From: Amphiscolops sp. MND2022
Taxonomy: Eukaryota
DNA: 64,000 bases
Assembly (NCBI GenBank): GCA_964187785.1
Contig: OZ076409.1
Span: 67,518,001-67,582,000, forward strand
Direction: 5' to 3'
How positions within the stretch are numbered: the stretch's first letter is position 1; each line of letters opens with the position of its first letter. A program made the position numbers and the translations under genes. Under the pieces are notes generated by a model. That model was not told the DNA's origin. It ran no database searches and saw only the letters and a program-made list of their open reading frames with translations. Shown in pieces: positions 25,601 to 37,600 of this stretch.

Positions 25601-28600
25601 GCGGTAGCAGAAACAGGGCATACGGTAACTACCTCCGAAGGGAGGGTAATACACAAAAAATTGGCATCAAAACCCCTGAAATTTCAGACATCACGAAAAC
25701 CTGAAGAACAAAGACGGCCAACCAATAGATGCCGCAGATGCGGAAAATTCAGCAGTGGCGAATGGTGTGAGACGCACTTACGTCTCGAGGCGGCCAGGCA
25801 GGACAGTAACAACAACGAACCCAGTACCAGTCATACCACAATTCCGACCATGCCGTCAAAGAAGCGACCATACAGCCGTGTGGTACTGTACGACTCCTCA
25901 AGCAACGATTCGGGACCGACAAATAATCAAGCCGATACGACCACCTCAGAAGAGGAAGACACCGACGACATCACACTCAAGGACATGATCGGCCGAGAAG
26001 TCGAACGCATACGGTCGGAAACACCGATGCCGTCCTCCCCAATCAGCTGTAGCACGGAGCTGATCCCGCCCGAAGATACAACACAACCGGACACATCCGG
26101 TACGCCAATCCGCAATCAAAGTACTTCCGGCATAGAAACCGCACCTCAGGATGTCACAGGTAAAATACGGCTAAAACAAAATGCTAACGGGGAAAATAAT
26201 CCATTAGATTTAACCATAGGACCACGCAGATCCGAAAGGATAAAAACTGCAAAAAGAATAGTTAAACTAGGCGGTGTTGAATATTTTTAACAGTGATCCA
26301 TTTAGGAACTGAGTATACATTCACCACTCCGAGGAGATACCCAATTACTCCTTTTCCCCGAATCAAGAACTACCCCCCTCAGCACGACTGGTTTCCCTGA
26401 ACGCCACGGAGGAGGGAATGAGACACAAGCATCGACATGTGTCAATCCAACAAGTGTCTACGATAAACCTTGGCGAACGATGTGACACAAAACTACCTGC
26501 CATTGATCTTATGTTCTGAAGTCATGTACTTACAAGATAGATACACTTACGATGATAAAGTACAGTTGCTTGATACAGTTTCTGTTACTTTGAATCATTC
26601 CATTTTAATTCACTCTTTGAACTTTTCCTGACTTACAGGTGCCTTTAGGATTCATCCCAAATTTTCTTCAATGGCGTTTTTCCCTTTCTTTTGCGGCTCG
26701 TTCGGGTGCTTCATCACTAGATCGATACCGTATCGTTTGGGGGGAACATGTTTTCTCTCCGATGATCTTTTCTCAACTTGCCAGGAAGTTGTTGCTTTCA
26801 CAGGGACAGTTTTTTTCTCAACTCTTTTCTTTTCGCCCGGGGCTTTGCTTTCCGTCTTGTATTGCATTTCGCCTTGGTTGACAGGACCCATTGGTTGGAC
26901 CTCGCTCTCTGTAGTATTTGACGAGGTATCAATTATGGACGGGGGTCTTTCTTCCTCGAACTCAATGGCGACTTCAGGGGTTTTCGCTTCTCCCCGCTTT
27001 GTTACCTTTCCCTTTTTAGGGGCTGGTTGTTCGGGCTCACTCGAACTGGAGGTATCGTTAATTTGGGCTTGTCGTCCCACTTTCTTGAGCACCTTCGTCT
27101 GTTCCGTGGATGTGCTCGCAATGTCTCGTTTAGAGAAGATCTTTGGTCGCTTGGTGTTTTCGGGGAGTATCCGAAACTTTCCCACTAAGTTTGTTTTTAC
27201 AGTGTTTGGCTCCTTCCCCATGTGCTTTTCAAATGGCAATTTCCCGTCCTTTTTCTTATTTATTCTCAGAGAGTATAAGATTTCCGATAATCCGGACTTA
27301 TCCTTACTCAGAACGATTTGCTTATTCGTCCGTAGTCGGTCATTTATCGTACGGATTAATCTTTCAATTTTTCCATTTCCCCTGTGATCTCTAATTGGAC
27401 AAAATACGTGGTCTATTCCAAATTTCTCGCAAAACTGCTTAAACGCTTCACTTACGAATACGGTACCCGGGTCCGTACGTATTTTCTTCGGTACGCCGTA
27501 TTGTGCAATATATTGTTTTAAAAATTCGATTACTTTTCTAGTTGTTGGACTGTGTAAAAATTTTGCGTCTGGCCATGCCGAAAAATGGTCCACCGATTCT
27601 AGCAAATAGTTTTTTCCTTTTTTAGCGTTTTGGAAGGGTCCCGCAAAATCTAGGGCCACCTCTTCGTTTTGCTCTTTCGCTTCAGGCACTTTTCCTATTT
27701 GCTTTTGTTTCAAAATGTATTTTAGGTTCTTACCTGATTCGAGACATTGTTCGCATAGTCGTGCCTGGTCAATCACCTCACGGTGAATGCGAGGCCACCA
27801 AATATCCTCGATCATGGCGAGCATTGCATCTCGACCAGGATGGCCATAATGGAGGGAACACATGATCATCGGTCTCATGGCTTGCGGAATAACTAATCGG
27901 TTATCCATGTAAAGGAATTCCCGTTCGTCTAGAGAAAAAGCTTGAAATTTCTCGCGCCAAGGAGACGGCAAGCGGGTAACGCCGGTTTTATTATAATTTT
28001 TTACTAAACGGATGACTCGCTGAAATAGTTTGTCAGCGCTGTAAATAGCCGGCAAGAGTTTTTCGTTAAATCTTTTATTGACGGACTTTGATTCATCTTG
28101 CGAGGACGTGCGGTATTGCTACAATGAGTCTTACTTGTTCCCCGCGAATTACGTTCGTCCTGCAATTTGATTGGCTGTCGTCGTTTTGTTTGATTAATGC
28201 GATTGACTGTATTTGCTTCATTCGCACTTTCCGCCGGCCTGCTTTTCACGCTGCTTGCTTCGCTGTTGTCTAAAACATCATTCAGGCTAATTACGCTATT
28301 TACCGTGAACCATTCATTCCACAGGGTTTCTGCTTTCACCGATGATCCCTGTAGCTCTGTTGGGTGTCTCGACAGATAAACTGCCATTCCTAGTGTTCTA
28401 GCTGCCACGTGCACATCTTCAAAATCAAATGGGAGTAATCTATCTACACATCTCGTTAATCTACTGGAAAATGTTTTGTTTCCCTTATTTGGCTTTAGTA
28501 CAGACATTGATGCTTTGTGATCAGAAACTATTTTAAAATGTACACCATATACATAATTTCTAAAATGTTCTACCGCCCACACGATTGCTATAAACTCTTA

Positions 28601-31600
28601 TTCATTTATAGAATATTTTGACTCAAAATCTGATAAAAACCTAGAAGCGAAGCAGATTGGTCTCCACTCCCCATTGGTTTGACTTTGTTGTAAGACTGTG
28701 CCTAAGCCTTGTTTGCTTGCATCGCAAATGATTCTAATTTCTTGGTTTCTTTTAAAATGAGACAATTCTACTACTTCTTTAATTTCATCTTTAACTTTCA
28801 CAAACGCCTTTTCATGCTCGGCATTCCATACCCAGTCCGCGTCCTTTTTCAGAATTGATCTAAATGGAAAACTGATACTTGCCAAATTAGGTATGACTTT
28901 GTTGAATTGGTTAACTGCTCCGAGAAATGAGCGTAATTGCTTCAAATTTGTCCGTCTCAGTTTATCGCTTATTCCCTGAGCTTTTGCATTGATTGGGGAA
29001 ATGCCCGTTCTTGTTAGTTTGAACCCCAACCATTCTATGTTTTCTTGTGCTATTATGCATTTTTCTGCCTTCAACTGCAAATTCGCTTCGTCCAGAATTT
29101 TCATTACTTCTCTCACTTTGTTCAAATGATCCTGCTTGGTTCCTTTAGTTACAATCATAATGTCGTCTATATACACAAATACACTATTTACATTTGCCAA
29201 AGTGATGTACATTAACTTTTGAAATTCTGTTGGCATTACTGTAAGGCCATAAAATCCCGTTGTAAATCGATAAGTGCCTGTAGATTTTCCCCCTACAATT
29301 TGGAAATTGCAATACCTTTTGGTTAATTCTTGTAACGGGATTTGTCCGTAAGCATAAGTCATATCTACTGACGAATACCATGCCTCCCCTCATTTTTCAT
29401 CTGACTTCTCTGCAATCATGTCGATTAAATTATCTAGGTTAGGCATTTGGAATTTGTCTTTTGCTATAGATTGGTTTAACGCTCTCGCGTCTAAGGCAAT
29501 TTTCACGGACTTGTCCTTTTTGACGGTTATTACTGTTGGCTGAATAAACACATCATCTTGGATTTTATCAATTTTCTCAATATGTCCCTCTTTTAATAGT
29601 TTGTCAATCTCTTTATCTACTTGATTTTGTAGCTGAATTGGCACTCGGCGTCCCTTCTGTTGGGTAATTCGTTTTTCATTTTAATTTTAATCTCGTAATT
29701 CTTCACACGTCTTTTTCAACAGAACAATTTTGGAAGTTCCCTCACTAACTGCTGAACCTGGGGATTTTGTTTTTTCTCGGGACTTATCTCACAGACTGAT
29801 TCTTTAAATTTACAATTTGTTTATTTATTTTACACTCACCTCTTTCTATCGGCTGCGTAATTTTGTAGCGGAGAGCAACTAGCCAATCACGGCCCACGAT
29901 TGATTTTCCTGAATTAGGGGCTACTAGGACTCGGGCTTTTGACTCCGTTACTCCTGCGACCTCGAGTCGTACGAATTGGTAGCCAAGTAATTCCAAGGGC
30001 TTTTTATTGTAATCAATATAGCGTTCTCCTTCAATCATGTCCCTGATCACAACTTTTCGTTCCCCCACAATTTTCTGTAGGTCCCGTTTTGTAAAAATGG
30101 AAACTGGTGACCCAGTGTCAATAATTGCTTTAAAATAATTGCCACACAATGTTCCTTCCATATAGAACGGTTTGCAGCCATCACAATCCACACGTAATAC
30201 TAGTTGCTCTTCGTCGTCTTCTTCAGATTCCTCATCTGATTCTTCGATGTAGTTTACTCTTCGCATACTTTTTTCGTTATCGCGATTCTTCAGTCGCTGC
30301 ATCATCTCTTTCTGTCTCTGAGGAAACTTCTTATTGCAGCATTTTTCTACATGCCCCACAATTTTACATAATTTACAACGATGATTGGTAGCCATGCAGA
30401 AGTTGACGTGTTCCATCGTGAAGTTTGCTGCTCCACATCTATAACACTCCCGGGGGTTAGTTTTATCTACCGCATAGACCGGTTCGCTTTTCACGACCGA
30501 CTTTGTTGGTTCGGGTGCTTGTGTGCCGTACGCCTTCTGTCGCTTCACTCCTTCTTCAAAAGCAATGGCAAATTCCAGTGCTTGGTCGGGCTCCTTAGGT
30601 TCCGTGCACAACTTTTCTTGCACCTTCTTATTATTCATGTGAAGAATGAACATATCCAAAACTAGGGTCGAAGTTATTTCCCCTAAGTCACATAAAGCTG
30701 CTAATCCGTTTATGGCGTGCCAGAGTTGAAATAGGGTTTCGCCGGGCTGTTGGAGTCTTGAGAAAAATCGATGTCTGTCGAGGGCTCGATTCCTCTTCTT
30801 TCGGAAGCAGTCGATGCATAAGTTGATTAATTCTAGGGCTTTCAAATCCCACAGGGCTTTATGCGGATACTTATCCATGAATTGCTTCCTCGCCGCATCA
30901 CCCAATGACAAGTACAGAATACTAATAGCTTTCTTATTTGCAGGATCTTCATCAAGGTCCCCCAACAACGTACGAACCCTGGGATTTTGCTGTGTCGTCT
31001 CACGTGTCAACTCGGAGATTGAGATGGAATATTTTGCCATCATGGCAACTTGGAAGAGATCGAACCACTTGTCCCATTCCATCGTAGGGTTCGTGGTCGC
31101 ATCGCTCCAGAACACTGGCAGTCCAGCAAGATGTGACGATGAAGAAAATGACGCCGAAGGATTTTCAGCTCGCAGCGCCATGTTGACGTGGAACTCAATT
31201 AGAATGAAAAGAATTGAGGGATAGATGTGAATTGATGATGAATTTAGACTTTTAACGAACTGTCTTTTGAACTTAGGCTTGAACGCACTGAGGCGTAGTA
31301 AATGTTAGAGTTAGACAATGTTACTGGTACTTGTTTACATACATAATTTTTGAATCAATTCATCGCTCTACTACAGCAATGTATCTAAATTTGCAAATGC
31401 TTGCTCATCTTTAGTTCGTTTAAAGATTTTCAAGTTATCTGATACAAGGGACTGGTTTATAAACACACAAAATCATGGCAGCATTTGACGAGGTTGCATC
31501 TTGTTGCTCGTACTTGTTATTAAGACTATATCAAGATTATTGTCAATGATCATTCACAACATTGACTCAACGTGAACTCTAAACTGTTTTCAAATTTACT

Positions 31601-34600
31601 TCCTGACTTTTCACGTTTGTTTTCATATTTTTGTTCAAACTGTTGATCAGACTGGGGATTCAATGAATGAAATATAAGACGTTTTTAGTCGGCGCTACAT
31701 GGAGTGAAAAGCGACTATTATAGTGACTCTTTTTTTCTATCCACACGAACTGACCAAATAATTCTTAAAAGTTCTACCAAATATTATTGCACCAAATTGC
31801 ACCATTTGACCTAGCGAACTGAACCAAAAAGTTTTTTCCTGTTTTTCCGCGTAACATGCCATACCGGGCGAGACCCAAGGGGTCCCCCCTTTCAATTTTT
31901 TTCGGCACTGCGAGACTTTTTTTCGGAAAAAATTTTCTCTTCAAAGGGTTCCCCTTCAATTTCTTTGATATTTTACAACAGATTGGGCGTTTAAAAATCC
32001 CAAAGGGTCCCCCTTTCAGTTTTTTGGCATTGTGAGACTTTTTTTTGAAAATTTGTTTTTTCTCCAAAGGGTCCCCCCTTCAACTGCGACAAAAATATTG
32101 ACAATTTCGGAAGTGTTCCCCTTTTAGCGCGCCAGGGGCTCGCGGTAGCGGGCCCCGGCGCGCCACTCGGTCCATTCGTTTTTCTTTTTCGATTTTCGAG
32201 TACTGTAAATTGACTCTTGGAAGTCCTTTTGCCATTTTTGAGCCTTGGATATGTTTTGAGCCATATGTTTTTGCCATATTTGAACCTTGGACTGAAATTA
32301 AATTAGCTCGAAACCCGGGTTATTTTGGAGGTAACCCAAAAATGCTTGATCAAGTATCATTAAAATTGTGAAAACACTTCAGAATCAGTTTTGCAAACAA
32401 TTTCGTAGCTTTGTAAAATCACTTTCAACGTGGACATGGTGGTGTGGGTTCTTAAGTTTACAATCAATGAGCAGTCTCCTCTACTCCGTAGCAGAGTATT
32501 TTCCCACTTTGAAATATTACTGAATCGTTGGCTACGCCAATTTTGTTTTTTTTTCTATAGGAACTAAATGACTTCAAAATCGTAAAATAACCGAAAGTTG
32601 TGCTGATTTGAAGATGAAACCGATGTTTTCTACCATTGTCAACTTTTTGAAATCCAGGACAAGTGATCAAAATAATAAAATATCTAAAAATGCAAAATAT
32701 TCGCCAGCATCGTCAAGATTGTTTATTGGAAAAAAAAATTGGCTTAATTGCAGTAAGTCTTCGATGCCATATGGATAAACTTCCTCAATACTTCCATGAT
32801 ATTGAAACGGACTCTTTCTTGTTTTTGGACCCTAAAAAGACAAACCGACCTTCGCTGTTCCTGGTTTGCTTGCCCTTCTAATAAACCAGGGGATTCCTAG
32901 TGACAAAACAGATTCTGCGAAAAAAACAGCATGAATTAAAGCCTCAGTAATTGCGAAGAGGTTGCTCCTGTAGCTGAACTTAACATTTGGCGTTTTAGCG
33001 ACATGGAGAAAACCAGGCAAGGGGTATCTGACAAGATGGCCGTTTCAGTCAATGCAGGAGCAAGTTTTGTTGGTTGTTTCATCATGGCCTTTGCTTATGG
33101 GCCCGTAATGGCACTAATTTCATGCTTGGTTGTACCTATCATGGTCTTCGTTGGAGTGCAACTTAGTTTTGTTAGTCATTCAAATAGTTTTCATTTCTAG
33201 TTATTACTTCCTTCAAAATATCAGAAGTCAAAAAGTGGTTTCACTTAGAGTTTTAGTCCATTTTTTCTTACATCACTACGTGAAGTTGGGAATCCTTGAA
33301 AAAACCCTAGTCTAACCTGCCGGAAAGTTTTCCACGTTGAATCCATGCATGCATTCTAAATTTTTGATAAACATAGAAAATAGTGAAAGCACTAATGGAG
33401 AAATTTTGTAGGATTACAATGCAACTTCCACTATTTCGATTAAAACTGATAACAATTCCATTTCTTCACCGCGATCACTTGGTTTTCACTTTGTTTTCTA
33501 AGTTTCTCAAGTAATTACCTTATGTAATCACCGTTAGTCAAATAGCACGCTGAATATGGCGCTACTATGAAACTTATAATGTGACTGACGTTTGATTGCA
33601 TTGAAATCGCGGTAAAATTATTGAGGTCACTGCTGCTTTCAAAATTACAATGGCTTCTTGTCTCGGAACTTTCAAAACTTCTTGTCTCGGAATTGCTGCC
33701 AAATTTAGGATGCATCTTTTAGGCAGCTTGATAAAATTCAATTGAATCAGTGAAATTTTAATGCATGGAAATCTCCTTGAGAATTTTATAAAATCATGAA
33801 AAATTTGCTTGGTAACCTACAAAACTTATAAAAAGTTCAAGCAGTTTCATCTAGGGAAGCCAAAATCGACATTTATAAAAGATTGCTTGTTTTTTAATCG
33901 ATCGCTTTTTTGCTTCAGTTCTCAAACCAAGCACAGAATGTGGAACAGAAAGAAACGGGTGAGGCAGGAGTCGTCGCTGAACGGGCTCTGTCCAACATCA
34001 GTACCGTCCTCGCGTACGGGGGAGAACAAAGAGAGATCAATCAGTGAGTTTCAGTATTTCAGCGAACTCGCAATTTTGTTTCAGAAATCATTTTGCGGGT
34101 TTCTTGTGCCGTTTTCCTACTAGGTGACTCGCAAAAAACATTTCACGTAAAAGTTTGTTTATTTTGATAACGCGAATATTTGTCATCAATGGTTCTCTAA
34201 ATTTCATTTTGTTGCTTGTCAATCATAAAACAAATTATGTTGTCAGAAAAACAAGTTCGAGAACAACATCGGACAGATTTGGCAAGTAATAAAAATTTAA
34301 ATCAAGTTTTCATCCTAACCAACTTGTTTTTATGACAGGCAGTTCAGAACATTTTTCTAGCACTTTTTGATAGACAGCTCATTTAAGACTCTCACTTGGT
34401 TTCGTCACGCATTCTGATGTTCTGTTTACTCACATTTGGTTCTTGATTTGAATACTGTGTGAACAAGAAAAACGGCCCGGGAACGCACAAAAGTTTCCAT
34501 CTTTTATTATTAATGAACAAAACACTGAAATTAGTTCAAAATTTCTGCCAATTATTCAGAAAGATCTTTTTATGCCATCTTATCCTCAATTAAGGATGGT

Positions 34601-37600
34601 TCAAACAATCAGAAAAAGTCTAAACATCACTCCCAGTCATTTCGTTCTCGTTTTCGATGCGTTAAAATTCTTTCGCTTTAGAAGAAGTTGCCCATATGCA
34701 TGATTGACCGCGGCTTTTAAAGATGTCGTGAATCATCGTTTGTTGACAAAATTCGAAACTTTGAAAACTTGTACCGTTTTTCTTAGACTACCTAGTATTA
34801 TGCACGGTTAAGACAGAACGAGTAGACGATGTGCTCTTTTTCAGTTACAACAGTAAGTTGAGCCAGTTACGCAGACAGGAATGGCGGATCTCCATGTTAG
34901 AAGGATCAATGTCGGGAGTGCTTCATGGGGGCATATTTCTGATGTACGCTGTCTGCTTCGTGGTTGGCGCGTGGCAACTCAAAGAGGCATGACCCTATTG
35001 TTTTCCTTTTTAAGAAACTTCAAAACTTTGAGCGTTTTGCGACATATCGGATTTTGTTTGTCAAATCACTATTGGAAAATTTAGGCCATGGCATGAATTT
35101 TTCCTAATTGCAAATAAATTTAATGCGTTAACCTGCGAGTTTTATCTCATCGTCCTAATGCTCAGAAAAGATCATGTTCTCACTCAATGAAAAAAACGTA
35201 ACCATGTTCTCTGCCAAAAGTAACATAAATTCAATAATCATCAAAAAACAATGTCACTGGATATCCACTCACATTCAGTTTTGATAATTTCAATAATTAA
35301 TTGATAATATCTAATGAAAATAGTTGAGATTAGATCTATTGAATTCTAACAAAACCCATTTAATGTTGAAAGTTAACGTATATTCTACCAAACACCAAAA
35401 TTATCGTCAATAACCATTCTGAAGACCAGGAGTCTTCACTGTTGCAGAAAATGTTGACGAAAACTGATAATTCAAACCAAAACTGGATGAATCAAATTAC
35501 AAGAACAAGGCGATTATAGAAAATTTATGAAATCGAGTAGTACAGCATTATCTACAGTGAAGAGTTTACAAATTACAAATATTTTTGTCGAAATAATGTA
35601 CCGTATTTCTTCGAATAGAAGTTGCTACCCAATATAGGCCGCCCCCGATTAGAAGCCGCATTAAGCATGACCGCGAAGATATATAAGGTTAGGCTGCGAG
35701 ATCACTGCGGAAAAAACGCGGCCTGTATTCGTAGAAATACGGTAGTCGTCGGTCAATCGTGTTCTACAATGAATAGGGCAAGATGGCGCCACTGGATTGC
35801 TTTGTGGTGGGTTTCTGCATGACTATCGGCTCGCTTCATCTTGGAAATGCCGCTACTTTGGTAACAATCATCAGTGCTAGCTCCTCTTCCTTCAGCTTCC
35901 TCAAAACCATTCTGTCAAGAGTTAGTTCTGCGAATTTAACTATAGTTAGAGCTGTAATTGTATTACGTTCCACGAAAACATGTAATGGGAGATGAATGTA
36001 AAGATGACGCATAGCCTCTCATGGGTTTCCCGCCAAGCTGGCCATAGTCTGAACCATATATGGCTCCCTTCTAATCATTCTGAATTTCTTCTGTTAATTT
36101 ACTGGGATCAAACAGAAATCACATATTTGGAATCATAAGACTCTATTGAAACCGAAGGCAAAGCCGAAAATTCAGTTAATTTTGTTCTTTTGCATTCATA
36201 AGATGAAAAGCATGCATTGCCGGTCAAAACTACGGAGATTAATTAGCGGAGTTGGAAATGTAAATGTAGAGAAGTGCAAAATGACTGTCACTTTTATGCT
36301 AAATGATAGTTAAATTAACCCTGATAGACGTGGGGGTTCAAATAATATAGGCAGCAAAAATCTGATGAAAAATGCATGGTCTTTTGAAGTACCGCTATGC
36401 TTTTTAAGTTTAATGCTGTGCGGTTATTTGATTTGAAATGAACATTTTTGTTTCGAGAATATATGTGAACAAGTGATCATACGCTGCCACAAAATGTAAA
36501 AATCTAATTGTGTTCCCGCTTTTATGGAGAAAATGGGTACAGTGGCTGAAAACGTTCTGAGAAGCCCATTATGTTTGCATTTGTTGATTACGTTTGGCAA
36601 AACTCTCTTTGACGGAAGCAAACGGTCCATAGACTAGACGATGAAAGTTCCAGTCATTTGCCATTCTGTTACCAAAAACATGTATGTCTATCCTATGATC
36701 ATCCTGTTTGTCATAAACCATTTTGATCAGCCAAAGAGTTATAATTGTAGCCCAAACCTAATAGACCTGCTTTTGTTTATTACCTCGCGAAATGCCACTC
36801 AGTTACCAAAGCAAACAACAAAAAAGTGGCAATACCCTCATTCGAAAACCACGATGTCGAACAAGACGATGAACATCGCGTATTAGGTTGCGTAAAAGGT
36901 TCTTCATACGCCTGCAAAAAACTAAAAGCTGAAAAAGCATCCAAGTTTTTGACTCTTCAAAACAAACTTGCAACATAAGCAAAAATCACCCCAAATGTAT
37001 GCCACGCTTCAACAAAAGGAGTAGAGCATAAACTAACGTTTCCGTCACTACACTCAATCTAACGAACGTTTTTGAAAAAAGTGAGACGAATATTTGTGAC
37101 AAGTTATTACCCAACATGCCTGGACAAAATTCATCGTTGTCACCGATGCGAGTATTACTGTTACTTCCACTCTCTGAGAAACAGATGATTAAACATCACG
37201 ACTCCTGGCAATTTCACATAATCCAAAGGAATCAGTCGACACATGCAAATAACATTCAATAAAAACAGCAAAAAAGCATGAAAGATATGAAAAAAATCAG
37301 ATGTCGGAAGTATTGAAAACAACAATTTGGCTCATTGCATGCGACACTTGAAACCAGTTAACAAAATCTCAGATGAAGGTGCCTCAAATTGGCTTAGAGC
37401 TGTACTTTTGCAATGCTATGTCTTTCATCAGACAAAAACCGAATTTTGTGACCGACTATCTCTCAGGTACGACCTTCTGCCAATATGCGTTTGTTTTGAG
37501 GTCGAAACTGATCCCATACATCGTACATTTGAAGGCGGGTCATTCGATTACAGAACCACATGCACCGAAGATGAAAACTGCGTCGACGTCAAGACCAGCA

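Larger units (their letters stand above)
20387..31375 (-). mobile_element. Ty3/gypsy (Mag-like) LTR retrotransposon X in ABCB intron 5, degenerate, carrying nested element Y
   Basis: 195-bp TG..CA LTRs at 20387-20581 and 31181-31375 (~5 mismatches); TSD GCAAT; PBS TGGCGCTGCGAGC (tRNA-Ser-like); PPT next to the left LTR; gag-PR-RT-RH-IN fragments. Confidence 0.95.

Noticed and set aside
26671-27387. 238-aa + strand ORF and similar antisense ORFs (30814-31224, 43796-44290, 51677-52363, 54214-54642)
   Set aside because: Shadow frames opposite retrotransposon pol/gag with no independent motifs
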